Positions 39,731 through 49,790 of a DNA stretch of 64,000 bases are shown here, one piece after another; the first letter of the stretch is position 1, and every line of letters starts with the position of its first letter. Made by a program: the position numbers and the translations under genes. The DNA is taken from contig JAUWZS010000001.1 of the NCBI GenBank assembly GCA_030615205.1, positions 76,993 to 140,992 of the forward strand, written 5' to 3'. This DNA comes from Candidatus Aenigmatarchaeota archaeon (GTDB lineage: Archaea; Aenigmatarchaeota; Aenigmatarchaeia; CG10238-14; SCSR01). Below the pieces are notes generated by a model, which was given only the letters and a program-made list of their open reading frames with translations, had not been told where the DNA came from and ran no database searches.

Positions 39731-40849
39731 CTATGGTGGTGGTGGTGGTGGATTAGTTGTTGTAGTTGTTGGTAATGTGGTTGTTGTAGTAGTCGCTGGA
39801 GCAGTCGTTGTAGTTGTTTCTTCTGTAGTGGTAGTTGGAGATTCTTCGGGCAAAGGTTGTATCTCAAAATCTTGGGAGTTTGTATAACGGTAGGTATAAT
39901 TAAAATCTGTCCAAATCGTGGCGCTCGTCTCCGGCTCGTCGAAGCTTGGGTCACTAAAAGGAACTGACTGGAAATTGCACATGAGTTCATCTGGAATATC
40001 TATAGATCTGTCTGAAAACAAATAATCTCCATCACCGACATAAAATTGACATGGCAGCATAGTTTCATCACCTTCTTCACCAACAGATGCTATTTCTAAC
40101 GAACCTCTCAAATCCAGTCTAACCCCACTAGCTTCGATTTTCGGTTGTCTTATATTTCCTATAGAGCTACTACCAACATGCGTAAAGCTCATCTCCACTT
40201 TAAACGGACTATCGCGTACTCCCCAATATTCTTTTATTGTTTGACCGCCTTCAACTCTCTCTCCACGCTCTGGAGGTTTGAATGTTAGCTGTATTGGCCC
40301 GTAAGTTGCCGTGCTTTGAGAATATTGCGATAAAGGCGTCTTTAGAGTTACACCATCTATGATCGGTATATCCATCTTCCTAAACCCAGAATAGTCATAT
40401 TCTATATAATAAGTTATTGTGTAGGTATGTGGCCTCAATATACCTATATTGCGCACTTGTAATGTTAAAATTATCCTACGTTCACCTCCATTATCAAGTG
40501 ATTCAATTGGTCCAAATGCGCTATTTCTATCAAAAACGCAACTGCCTTCTTCCTCATCTGAGATCACTGCTTCTGTTCCATCACAATTCAATTCTTTAAT
40601 ATAAAACCCAGGAGTGTCAAACCCAATTTCTACTCTTGGCGCGGATTCTTCGCCATTATTTTTTAACACGAGCTCGAGTACTACAATTCCGCCTTCATAA
40701 GGATTCCTGTCAGACACGTAATAGTCTTCAATTGTTATTATGTCATTTTTATAAGGAAGGCTACCGCCATTTCCATTTCCATCTATCACACAACCAGAAA
40801 ATAAAACTACTAGTAAAATTAAACTCAACAGTAAAATAGCTTTTTTCAT
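39731..40849 (-). CDS. putative lipoprotein, probable paralogue of the neighbour, Thr/Pro tail
   Basis: lipobox FSGC; poly-T and poly-P C-terminus. Confidence 0.8.
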   Translation of the reverse strand: MKKAILLLSLILLVVLFSGCVIDGNGNGGSLPYKNDIITIEDYYVSDRNPYEGGIVVLELVLKNNGEESAPRVEIGFDTPGFYIKELNCDGTEAVISDEEEGSCVFDRNSAFGPIESLDNGGERRIILTLQVRNIGILRPHTYTITYYIEYDYSGFRKMDIPIIDGVTLKTPLSQYSQSTATYGPIQLTFKPPERGERVEGGQTIKEYWGVRDSPFKVEMSFTHVGSSSIGNIRQPKIEASGVRLDLRGSLEIASVGEEGDETMLPCQFYVGDGDYLFSDRSIDIPDELMCNFQSVPFSDPSFDEPETSATIWTDFNYTYRYTNSQDFEIQPLPEESPTTTTEETTTTTAPATTTTTTLPTTTTTNPPPPPP

Positions 40850-40887
40850 TGATTAACTTTTAAACTTGGATAGATATTAATTTTACA

Positions 40888-41727
40888 ATGGTTGATATTT
40901 CAAAAATTGATATTTCACGCTTCTTCGCAAAGGAAAATTTAGATTATTTTTTAGCACCTAAGCAAACTGGCTATGACATTACAAAAACTCTGCTATATGC
41001 ACTCATTCTTGTGGTGGCTATCTATTTTATATACAAAATCCTCTACGAGAAAAACAAAGATAAATTGAAAAAATTTAAGATAAAGATAGACCAGAGGCTG
41101 GCGATTGCAGTAGCTCCGTATGTTGTTTTTGGTGGGGCGATTCGAGTTTTGCAGGACGCGGGTGTGGTTAATTCATATTTTTTCATGACGCCTGGAATAC
41201 ACATACTCGTTTTTGGAATAATTTTTTCCGCTCTGCTAGCTTCTTTTGTCTTTCAGAAAAAATTCAGCATCCCGTATTACAAAACTATGTTTCTTTTTGG
41301 TATTTTGCTATTGCCTTTCACATTGTTGCAACTCAATTTCTCAAATTTTTACGGAGCTGTACTTGTTCTTCTATTTTTCATTCCATGGGTCATTATTTTC
41401 AAATCTCCGATCTTATCAAAACTTTCTAAATGGTCTAAGGAAAATAAAATAGTCACGCTCATTCATATATTCGATGCTACCACTACGGCTGTAGCACTCT
41501 ATTTTTTTGGTTATTACGAACAGCATGTGCTGCCAACCGCTTTCATAAACATTTTAGGTCCATTTTCGTTCATACCTTTGAAAGCTGTGGCAATAATTAT
41601 TGTGCTCATTTTGATTGACAGGCTGTCGGATGATAAGGAGTTTAACAATTATTTGAAGCTTGTCATAGGAATCCTTGGCGCAGCAACGGGCTCTAGAGAT
41701 TTCATAAGCTTACTAGCAATGGTCTAA
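40888..41727 (+). CDS. DUF63 family archaeal membrane protein
   Basis: GGAIRVLQD, TPG, HIFDATTT, YYEQHV, LGAATGSRD. Confidence 0.85.
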   Translation: MVDISKIDISRFFAKENLDYFLAPKQTGYDITKTLLYALILVVAIYFIYKILYEKNKDKLKKFKIKIDQRLAIAVAPYVVFGGAIRVLQDAGVVNSYFFMTPGIHILVFGIIFSALLASFVFQKKFSIPYYKTMFLFGILLLPFTLLQLNFSNFYGAVLVLLFFIPWVIIFKSPILSKLSKWSKENKIVTLIHIFDATTTAVALYFFGYYEQHVLPTAFINILGPFSFIPLKAVAIIIVLILIDRLSDDKEFNNYLKLVIGILGAATGSRDFISLLAMV

Positions 41728-42854
41728 ACATAATATTCAATCGTAAGCATCGCGTCTGCTATGGTGTAAAGCGCCTCTTCTTCGAACAGGAATGTAATTG
41801 TGTTTGTACCTTCACTTAGATACAATGGATTGCCAAACATGTCTTCACTAAGCGACATATCGAAGAATGCTAGCGGTGGTGTATCCCAATAAACAATCTG
41901 GTTACTAATCTTTATCATCATGTCTGAAAGCGGTACGTCATAGCCCCTAACCCGATAATAGAGATTGAATTGTTTGAAATTGTCGACTTCCTCCTTTGTC
42001 ATCGATATGTCGAATGTCTGAGCAAATGCACCATCGTAATCAAGACTAAACTCTGCTGCCATTATATTATATACTGTACTAGTCCAGAATTTCCAACCAG
42101 GTGAGCCGGCACTTATTGTGACAGTGTTTGATCTTTCTATCAAATCTTTTTCTATAGGGATGAAAATCTCACCTGCGCTGACTATTTTGTTATAAATTTC
42201 ATGACCGTTAATTGATACGATCAGGCTGCCGACTCGGTTCGTGTCTTCGATTATAAGATGCACGCTACCGCCAGTGGTTATTGACAATTTTTCGGCGGTT
42301 ATCAAACCTGTAAGCGCCATCGAACGGGCTGAGAAATAGCCGTTTGACACACTAACGTCTTCTCTGGAATCCAGAACATCTGCTCCTTTTGTGTAACTGA
42401 CAGAGAAATCTCCAAGAAATATTGGCCTTGTTGAAGTTTCTATTCTTTCCTCCACAACGTCCACATAAACAGAAAACCTATCCGTACCGCCACTGCTCTT
42501 TACATTCACATGACCTTTATAAATGCCCACTGATATGTCGCTTGGTATTTTTAAGGTGGTTGTAACAGTTGTGGACTCGCCTCCTTGTACATCGAAATCG
42601 TTTTTATTGAATGTCATCCACGTTGCTATCTCGCCAGATGCAGTAATATTAACAGAGGTCAAGGCCGTAGTACCATTAACTGCAAAATCGAATGTTGTTG
42701 TCTCGCCTTGATCGGCAGTTATCTCAAAATGTGTTTTGTCCAGAACTGGTGGTCCTTCAGTAGGCGTTGTCCAAGCAAACGCCAGTATGAAAATAAGAAG
42801 AACACCTGCCAGTAGCACAAATGCAAATTCATCTATTTTTGGTACAGCGGGCAC
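41724..42854 (-). CDS. hypothetical membrane-anchored beta-rich surface protein
   Basis: N-terminal TM then Ig-like content. Confidence 0.7.
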   Translation of the reverse strand: MPAVPKIDEFAFVLLAGVLLIFILAFAWTTPTEGPPVLDKTHFEITADQGETTTFDFAVNGTTALTSVNITASGEIATWMTFNKNDFDVQGGESTTVTTTLKIPSDISVGIYKGHVNVKSSGGTDRFSVYVDVVEERIETSTRPIFLGDFSVSYTKGADVLDSREDVSVSNGYFSARSMALTGLITAEKLSITTGGSVHLIIEDTNRVGSLIVSINGHEIYNKIVSAGEIFIPIEKDLIERSNTVTISAGSPGWKFWTSTVYNIMAAEFSLDYDGAFAQTFDISMTKEEVDNFKQFNLYYRVRGYDVPLSDMMIKISNQIVYWDTPPLAFFDMSLSEDMFGNPLYLSEGTNTITFLFEEEALYTIADAMLTIEYYV

Positions 42855-42978
42855 AGCAACACCTAATCTTACACCAATATCTAATTTTACAGCAACATCT
42901 AATCCTTAATTATCTTTTGAAGAAATTAAAATGTTTTATTTTTCAGTTTTTACGCGTCCATATGGGCAATGTTTCCAA

Positions 42979-43170
42979 TTATCTTCCTTCTCGTCTTTTA
43001 AGACTAGTAACGTATCCAGCAATTACGTTCCTCAGCTTTTTCGATTTTATGTCTATAAGGCTTTTTATTACTTCTTTGTTTTTCGAATAATCAAGAGTAA
43101 ACTTATCTTTGTTTTTTTCGTAGAGATTCTTCCCAATCCGCTTAATAAAAGAGGTTTTTATGTTTCCCAT
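42979..43170 (-). CDS. rps17e: 30S ribosomal protein S17e
   Basis: MGNIKTSFIKR...SKKLRNVIAGYVT. Confidence 0.95.
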   Translation of the reverse strand: MGNIKTSFIKRIGKNLYEKNKDKFTLDYSKNKEVIKSLIDIKSKKLRNVIAGYVTSLKRREGR

Positions 43171-43211
43171 ATAATCACTCGAACTCTTAATCACTCGATT
43201 CACTCTTAGAA

Positions 43212-43784
43212 TTAGGGCGTAATTCTCTGAACAAGATAATATGTGACATCCGATTCGGAATCGATTACAGCCCAAAGCATCGTTGCTCGTATGTTGTGTG
43301 CAAGCCTAACAGCGCGTGAGAGCTCAGGCAAAGAAAATGCAGCCTCTTCAGCAACCGCATGCACAATCCACTTCGTGTGTTCGCGTGGTGTTTTCGGACC
43401 CCGTTTCAACTTGACTCCTCGGTCGTAAACACGAAAATGAGTCCCAAACTTGAAACCTGTTTTGACAAGATATCCACGCTCGCGTAGATCACGGTAGACC
43501 GCGTATTGCGCTTGGAATTGTGGAATAGCATTAACAGCAAATTCCATTAGCTTCTCGAATTTGAGTGTCATCTTTCTGGTTTTCTTTTTAACAAAAATCT
43601 TTATTTTTCCCTTTTCTAGAAGATAAAGAGCTTCAGTCAACTCAAGTTCAATCCTGTTCGGTTTTGTTTCGGGTAGCGGCTTTCCATACCCAGATTCATC
43701 GTATAGACTAATGGCTGACGGGTCCCACATAACTACTCTGTTTTCCAGCAGCTCACCTTCCAATATTTTTTCTTTTCCAGCCAT
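43212..43784 (-). CDS. endA: tRNA-intron endonuclease (single alpha-sized unit)
   Basis: EALYLLE, VYRDLRERGY, KTGFKFGTHFRVY, H, AVRLAH; AGGTG RBS before MAGKEK. Confidence 0.93.
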   Translation of the reverse strand: MAGKEKILEGELLENRVVMWDPSAISLYDESGYGKPLPETKPNRIELELTEALYLLEKGKIKIFVKKKTRKMTLKFEKLMEFAVNAIPQFQAQYAVYRDLRERGYLVKTGFKFGTHFRVYDRGVKLKRGPKTPREHTKWIVHAVAEEAAFSLPELSRAVRLAHNIRATMLWAVIDSESDVTYYLVQRITP

Positions 43785-43863
43785 GTTTCTGCACCTTTTC
43801 CTAATTTTTATTCTTGTTTTTGAATCATAAATTGATTGCAAAGAATTTAAAAGGAATCCAGAA

Positions 43864-43958
43864 TGGGACAGGTGGGGTTTGAACCCACGACACATCGGTC
43901 TTCAGCCGATTGCTCTCATACCCTCTTTTTTTAAAGATCCAGGCTGAGCTACTGTCCC
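43864..43958 (-). tRNA. tRNA-Phe(GAA) with 21-nt D-loop intron (43918-43938)
   Basis: GGGACAG/CTGTCCC, ATCGG-CTGAAGA-CCGAT; removing ATCTTTAAAAAAAGAGGGTAT restores the D-loop AGCCTGGGA. Confidence 0.92.
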
Positions 43959-44075
43959 TTATTGCTCCACCCTTTAATCTTTAATACTTTTATTAATTTA
44001 TTTTGTTTTGTCTGATTATCAAATCCTATTTCTTTATAGAAATTTACTAAGGATTTAAATCTTTTTATTTTTAAC

Positions 44076-44777
44076 CTATCGTCCCTTTTTTCCAAACCTA
44101 TATCTTAACCCTTCTTTAATGATAAAAAGAAATATACCAGCAACCATACGTATGCCACGTTTGACTTCGCTTTTATGCTTGTATGTGACTTTTATAGGAA
44201 CTTGTTTTATTATTAGGTTTTTTTGAATTGCATATGATAGAAGAGCGTTTTCTATAATATAACCTCCTCCAAGCGCATCTTTCACAAGCCCTGCTGATTT
44301 CTTTGTCATCGACATGAATCCGCAGTTGGTATCTTTTAAGTTCGTGCCAAAAAGAATATTAAAACCAGTCCTCCATACAAAGTTTCCAAGCCTATGCCTA
44401 AATGGAACTGCCGACCAGTTCCTGAAACCGGTCACAATATCCGCTTCTCCTCGTTCTAGTGGCCTAACCAGTTTTTGGGCTTCTTCTGGATAATATTGCA
44501 TGTCCGCATCTATAAAAACCAGATTTTTTACTTTTGGTAGCTTTTTTAAAACATATTCTATACCTGCTTTAATCGCCCCTCCTTTGCCTTTGTTGGATGT
44601 ACGTCGTAAAACAATAGCGCCGCTTCTTTTAGCGAGCTCTCTGGTCCGATCTTCAGAATTATCATCCACAACAATCGGTATGAGATTGGATTTCTTTGTC
44701 CTTTTCACGACTTCAGCTATGTTTTTTTCTTCGTTGTAAGCCGGTATTATTGCACAATTTTTTGCAATATTTTTCAT
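44076..44777 (-). CDS. GT2 glycosyltransferase (DPM1-like)
   Basis: IPAYNEE, VDDNSED, GKGGA, FIDADMQY, DTNCGF. Confidence 0.9.
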   Translation of the reverse strand: MKNIAKNCAIIPAYNEEKNIAEVVKRTKKSNLIPIVVDDNSEDRTRELAKRSGAIVLRRTSNKGKGGAIKAGIEYVLKKLPKVKNLVFIDADMQYYPEEAQKLVRPLERGEADIVTGFRNWSAVPFRHRLGNFVWRTGFNILFGTNLKDTNCGFMSMTKKSAGLVKDALGGGYIIENALLSYAIQKNLIIKQVPIKVTYKHKSEVKRGIRMVAGIFLFIIKEGLRYRFGKKGR

Positions 44778-44821
44778 AAAACCTAATTGATGCATCATTC
44801 TATTAAGTGTTTGTGGCAGAC

Positions 44822-45901
44822 TTATGGTAGGAATTCCTTATTTTTAATTTTTTGTGGCAGGTACTTTTCTGTCATGAACCTCAGACCACGGCCGGACAGA
44901 GCCTCCAGCTCTGCTTTCCTCTTCCCTTTTATCAGCAACTTTAGTTCTTTCTGCCATGCCGGATGCTGGAACCACTTGTATTTCATCATATCTTTTGCGC
45001 GTTTGATGTCCACGTCTCTTGTCTTTATTGTGAAATCTTTAAGGCCAAATTTCTCTATGTCTGAAATGGTCAGACCAATATACCTCGCATGAGGCGTCCC
45101 AAGCCTGTCTGATACATGCGCAAGTGACATTGAACCGAATTTTATAACAGAATATATGTACCAGCCATATGGGTCAGAGTCGCAAAACACATATACTGGA
45201 AGCTTGAATTCGTTTGAAAGACGTTGTATCAATCTTCTTACTCCGCGCGCAGCCTGTCCTTGTGCTCCGATCAAAACGCAATTGTGTTTTTTCCAAAACT
45301 TGTCCTCGTGCAACCTCTCAAATGCTGCGTTCTTTTCTACGACAAGAATATATTTTGCATTGACTTTTTTAAATTTAATATCTTCTATGTTACTTGGAAT
45401 TGCATAACCTCCAGATCCAAGCTTAGCTAAATTGACAGTATCCCCTCTATCAAGAATAGTGACATTCCCCACAGCTCGACCACGCACATCAGCACTCAGA
45501 TGCAACTGTTCACGTAGCACATCCAAAGCAACCTCTAGATCAATAACTATCGGATCGCTCTCGCGCTGCTCGTCAAAAGTATTTTCATCTGAATTGGATA
45601 TGGTATGTTTCAAGTTGTAATACATGTCTCTCAGGCTCGTGTGTATTTTCTCATTCAGGAGCTCTTTGCAGAATGCAGCTACCATCATAGTTTGCATGAA
45701 TTTTTTAGCATGAGCGACATTGAAGAAGAAGCGCTTGGACACTTTGTCTCCTAATGTTAATGACTTTGTCTTCTCATCATATACGACATTCGACAAGGAG
45801 CGTATAGGTATCTCTATTTTTGGGTTCTTTTTTTGCTTGATATCTTTCAAAACATCTTCTCCCAATCCAACTAGCTTTTTTTCAGTTCTCTTTTTCGGCA
45901 T
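44822..45901 (-). CDS. top6A: DNA topoisomerase VI subunit A
   Basis: SLRDMYY catalytic Tyr, VVEK, DSDPYG, KAELEAL. Confidence 0.96.
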   Translation of the reverse strand: MPKKRTEKKLVGLGEDVLKDIKQKKNPKIEIPIRSLSNVVYDEKTKSLTLGDKVSKRFFFNVAHAKKFMQTMMVAAFCKELLNEKIHTSLRDMYYNLKHTISNSDENTFDEQRESDPIVIDLEVALDVLREQLHLSADVRGRAVGNVTILDRGDTVNLAKLGSGGYAIPSNIEDIKFKKVNAKYILVVEKNAAFERLHEDKFWKKHNCVLIGAQGQAARGVRRLIQRLSNEFKLPVYVFCDSDPYGWYIYSVIKFGSMSLAHVSDRLGTPHARYIGLTISDIEKFGLKDFTIKTRDVDIKRAKDMMKYKWFQHPAWQKELKLLIKGKRKAELEALSGRGLRFMTEKYLPQKIKNKEFLP

Positions 45902-45907
45902 TATTTT

Positions 45908-47491
45908 CTACTCCTCTTTTTCTTTTTTTATTTTTTTAGATTCAGAGATTCTACTGCCACCAGCTTTAATAATCTCTTCAAGATTTGATATAATCGAATT
46001 CTTTTCTTTTTTAGTGAGCTTGCTTAACGAGCCTGCGAGTTCTGGTATGTATCTTTCAAAAAGCTGTCTGCGTAGCTGTTTATCCCTTGCTTGTTTCTTT
46101 TGTCTGACAAACTTTGCCAACTTCCTACCTGCATCTTGTAGCGCCAACTTGATATCCTTCATAATAGCTGGATATGTGGCAATGGCTTGCTTTCCTTCTG
46201 ATGTGAAAGGTACCCAAACAGACGCAAAATGCACTAAAATCACAAGAGGGCCGACCGGTACACTGCTGTTGGGGTGTTGAAACCCGTAACGTTTCCAATC
46301 CACTGCTTCAACAGACTTTGTAATAGCGCAACTGCTTTGATGATACAACAAAGGAACTTTATTTGCAAAGCGGTAGAGAATCGCTGCTGAATTTGGGTTT
46401 AAATCGCCGCCATATGCAAGTCCGACCTCGACTTGGAATGGGTTCCCACGATAAACAGACGGTGGCCGCGTAACAGCAACAAAATATTCAGCATTTAATT
46501 CTTTTTTCAATCCGTTTTCTATAAGCTGTTCTGTGAGCGGGGATAGGCAATTGGTCGGCGGTGCTATGAGCTTTACCATCTGCAGTGATTTGTGCAATCG
46601 TTCAGATTCTTCTGCGTCTAGACTTTTAGGTTTGCGACTGGACTCGAGCTTTGCCAGTCTGAATATTTGCTCTGCTGAACGGCTACCCACACGCGTGAAA
46701 TCTCTCATCAAAAATGCCCTCAGATTTTTAGTCCTCGTCATTGCCAACATTCGTCTTAAAATGCCCAACTCAATTCCGTATGGATGCGGCTTGATCTCTT
46801 TTGGTTGTTTTGGCACAATATTAGTAGTTCTATCGAATTTCAAAGTACCATTTGGACCATTATAGACTATATGTGCATATGGGTTTGCTATGGCTGTTTG
46901 CCTCAAATATTCGGGTATGGATTGGTATCTCTCAATATAATTGCCCTCAGCTTCCAGCTCAATTTTTATTCCATGCCATCTCTCTTTGTTAGTATGGGTT
47001 ATATGTGAAGCTACACTAGGCTCATTTTGCACAGTATCGATCATTAACTCAAATTCGTGTATTTTACCACCTGTGCTTGAAATTATCTTAGCCGGTTTTC
47101 CTGTTGTCAACTGCGAATAAAGAATAGCCCCGCTTATCCCTATGCCCTGCGTGCCACGTGATTGTTTCAGTCTGTGAAACTTGGAGCCAAAAAGCATTTT
47201 TCCAAATGCGAATGGTATTTTTGATTCGACTATGCCTGGTCCATTATCTTCAGCCACGATCTTGAATCTGTCCACTCCGATCTGTTTTAAAGTCACCACT
47301 ATATTCGGCAATATGCCAGCCTCGTCACACCCATCCAAGCTGTTGTCCACGGCTTCTTTAACAATGGTTATCAGCGCCTTTGTCGAGTTCTCATACCCAA
47401 GCAGATGCCTGTTCTTCTCGAAGAATTCGGATATACTTATCTCTTTCATATCCTTTGCCATTCGTTCAGCCACTCTTTGTTCCACTGCCAA
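45908..47491 (-). CDS. top6B: DNA topoisomerase VI subunit B
   Basis: EFFEKN, KEAVDNSLD, EDNGPGI, QSRGTQGIGIS, RFANKVPL. Confidence 0.97.
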   Translation of the reverse strand: MAVEQRVAERMAKDMKEISISEFFEKNRHLLGYENSTKALITIVKEAVDNSLDGCDEAGILPNIVVTLKQIGVDRFKIVAEDNGPGIVESKIPFAFGKMLFGSKFHRLKQSRGTQGIGISGAILYSQLTTGKPAKIISSTGGKIHEFELMIDTVQNEPSVASHITHTNKERWHGIKIELEAEGNYIERYQSIPEYLRQTAIANPYAHIVYNGPNGTLKFDRTTNIVPKQPKEIKPHPYGIELGILRRMLAMTRTKNLRAFLMRDFTRVGSRSAEQIFRLAKLESSRKPKSLDAEESERLHKSLQMVKLIAPPTNCLSPLTEQLIENGLKKELNAEYFVAVTRPPSVYRGNPFQVEVGLAYGGDLNPNSAAILYRFANKVPLLYHQSSCAITKSVEAVDWKRYGFQHPNSSVPVGPLVILVHFASVWVPFTSEGKQAIATYPAIMKDIKLALQDAGRKLAKFVRQKKQARDKQLRRQLFERYIPELAGSLSKLTKKEKNSIISNLEEIIKAGGSRISESKKIKKEKEE

Positions 47492-47523
47492 TTTTTTTCA
47501 CCTGTTAATTTCCTACCTTTTTA

Positions 47524-48030
47524 TTAGTATTTTGTTTTCTTTATATTTTCTTCCAAAAATTTGTATACGCCTCCATGCTTGCGACCTTCAAGAAGCATAC
47601 AGACTGCTTGACGCGCGCATTGAACGCCATCCCATTCCCCTATAATACTAATTGTTTTACCGTAAATTGAAAGCTTAACATCTGCTATTTTTTCTATTAT
47701 GGCTTTTGATTTTCCTTTTGTTCCTATGACTCTGCCTCGCAACTCTTCTAGTCTTTTCGTGGATTTGCCAGCGAAATCCTTTGCGTCTATTATACATAAC
47801 TCATATTTATCGTCGAGCAGATACAACGCGTCTTCAGAATCAAATCCACGGCCGAAAGCCTTTATAACAGATTTGATACGCATTAACTTTATCGAATCTT
47901 CACATTCGATTTCCACATTTTCAGCAAGCTTTATTTTTACGCCTGTCAAATCTTCCAACTTTTTGACAAGCTTTTTTTCCTTTCTGAGTATTTTCATCCG
48001 TTCATCTGGTATTGCAACAAAATCCATCAT
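47524..48030 (-). CDS. KH-domain pre-rRNA processing protein (Dim2/Pno1)
   Basis: AFGRGF, GRVIGTKG, GRKHGGVY. Confidence 0.9.
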   Translation of the reverse strand: MMDFVAIPDERMKILRKEKKLVKKLEDLTGVKIKLAENVEIECEDSIKLMRIKSVIKAFGRGFDSEDALYLLDDKYELCIIDAKDFAGKSTKRLEELRGRVIGTKGKSKAIIEKIADVKLSIYGKTISIIGEWDGVQCARQAVCMLLEGRKHGGVYKFLEENIKKTKY

Positions 48031-48096
48031 AAAATCAACCAATAAAATCAAATTTAATTTTGTTATTATTAAATTCAAAAAAATAAAAATGTTTTA

Positions 48097-49452
48097 ATGG
48101 ATTTGAATATAAATTTTGGGATAACAAAGGATGGAATCGTAGCGAATTTGAATAAGAAACAATTCTTTCTAATTTATCCAGCTGGTATTTGGGGAGCCTA
48201 TCCAGAAAAAACAAAAGCAGCTCTTTTTGATAATCTTGCACATCTACTTACAATAAACGCACCTCTAGTAGCTGGAGCTAAAAAAGTAAAATACAACACG
48301 GCAAAACCGATTTTCAAACCATTCTTCGACGAAGTTGTAAGAAAAAGCCTACCACATGCAGTTGAAGACTACGCGAGGCCCACAGAAGAAATACTGAAGC
48401 AGTTCTCAGAAATAAAATACGAATTCTCAGGAGAGCCAGATAAAAAATTTACACACGAAAAAGATTTGGAGCCCAGCGAAAAATCTATAAGCCCTCTTTC
48501 ATTTGGAAAAGACAGCCTAACGAGCCTAGGTGTATGCGCAGAAATTGGATTAGAACCGACGGCAATTTACATAAATGACACAGTATCTCCCAGAGAGAAC
48601 AAACTCAAATTAAACCGCGCCAAAAAATTCTCAAAAAGATTCGGAATAAATATTTTTATAGTTAGAAACGAGCTAGAGCAGTTGAACGATTTCGAATTTT
48701 GGGAAACTGATGAGACATGCATTGGATATACGCATATGGTAACAGGATTCTGCTTCATATCTTTGCCTTTTGTGCACAAGTTCGGTGCAAAATATATAAT
48801 TCTTGGAAATCAGCAAGACATGAACTTTAGTTTCAAAAATAAAAACGGGTTCATGACCTATCCATCATTCGATCAAACAAGCGAGTGGATGTTAAAGCAA
48901 AATAAGATGATAAAAGAAGCGACCGGCAATAGGACAGCAGTGATGAGTGTTATCGAACCAGTGACAAATATAGCTCTTACAAAAATTTTACACATGCGCT
49001 ATCCGAAATTTGGAAAGTATCAAGTTAGTTGTGATTGTCTTGACGCCAGCGATGAAAAAAGATGGTGCCATAATTGCAACAAGTGCGCAAGGAATGTGCT
49101 ATTTATGAAAGCATTCGGCATCGATCCAAAACGAGTGGGTCTAAGAAATATGCTCCTAGATAAGAAAAATAAAAAACTGTTCTCCCTCTTTGGCGGGAAG
49201 GACGTGGACTGCTACGAGAAAAGCAAAGAAGCAAGAGATCAACAGCTTTTAGCATTTTTGATGGCGCACGAGAATGGTGAACGTGGCCGACTGATCGAAA
49301 TTTTCAAAAATAAGTTTTTAGAAGAAGCGAAAGAACGGGAAAATGAACTGCGTAAAAAATTCTTCTCAGTTTTTAAATCAAAAACCATGCCGAAAAAAAT
49401 CGAGCGTGCAGTTTCATCAATCTACAAAGAAGAACTTTCAGATTTTGTTTGA
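48097..49452 (+). CDS. PP-loop (adenine nucleotide alpha-hydrolase) protein, MurL/QueC-like
   Basis: SFGKDS PP-loop; SC...WCHNCNKC. Confidence 0.65.
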   Translation: MDLNINFGITKDGIVANLNKKQFFLIYPAGIWGAYPEKTKAALFDNLAHLLTINAPLVAGAKKVKYNTAKPIFKPFFDEVVRKSLPHAVEDYARPTEEILKQFSEIKYEFSGEPDKKFTHEKDLEPSEKSISPLSFGKDSLTSLGVCAEIGLEPTAIYINDTVSPRENKLKLNRAKKFSKRFGINIFIVRNELEQLNDFEFWETDETCIGYTHMVTGFCFISLPFVHKFGAKYIILGNQQDMNFSFKNKNGFMTYPSFDQTSEWMLKQNKMIKEATGNRTAVMSVIEPVTNIALTKILHMRYPKFGKYQVSCDCLDASDEKRWCHNCNKCARNVLFMKAFGIDPKRVGLRNMLLDKKNKKLFSLFGGKDVDCYEKSKEARDQQLLAFLMAHENGERGRLIEIFKNKFLEEAKERENELRKKFFSVFKSKTMPKKIERAVSSIYKEELSDFV

Positions 49453-49460
49453 AAATCAAT

Positions 49461-49790
49461 CTAATCTAGTGAAATTCCCTCAACGTATCCCTTCCTTTTT
49501 AACCAGTTGGCTTGTGTTGCTGTGTATCTATAAATGACATCTGCCCGCTTATCGCTTTGTACAACCCATGGTTTTACAAGAATCAGATCGCCCGGTCTCA
49601 TCCACACACGCTTTCTAAGCCGACCGGGAATTCTGCACACACGGACATTACCATCTGAGCAATTTGCACGTATTCTGTCGCCCCCGAGCATTGTCTCAAT
49701 TACACCCAATAATTCGCCTTTTCTTTGCATTCTTATTCTTGCTATTTCAACTTGTTCTCGAGTCATCTCTTGTCCTGTTTTCTTCCCCAT
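49461..49790 (-). CDS. eif1a: translation initiation factor aIF-1A
   Basis: MLGG, CRIPGRLRKRVW, PW, ADVIYRY; GGTGA RBS. Confidence 0.95.
   Translation of the reverse strand: MGKKTGQEMTREQVEIARIRMQRKGELLGVIETMLGGDRIRANCSDGNVRVCRIPGRLRKRVWMRPGDLILVKPWVVQSDKRADVIYRYTATQANWLKRKGYVEGISLD

Noticed and set aside
43785-43895. ORF-track N-terminal extension of endA
   Set aside because: Overlaps tRNA-Phe; the RBS supports the start at 43784.
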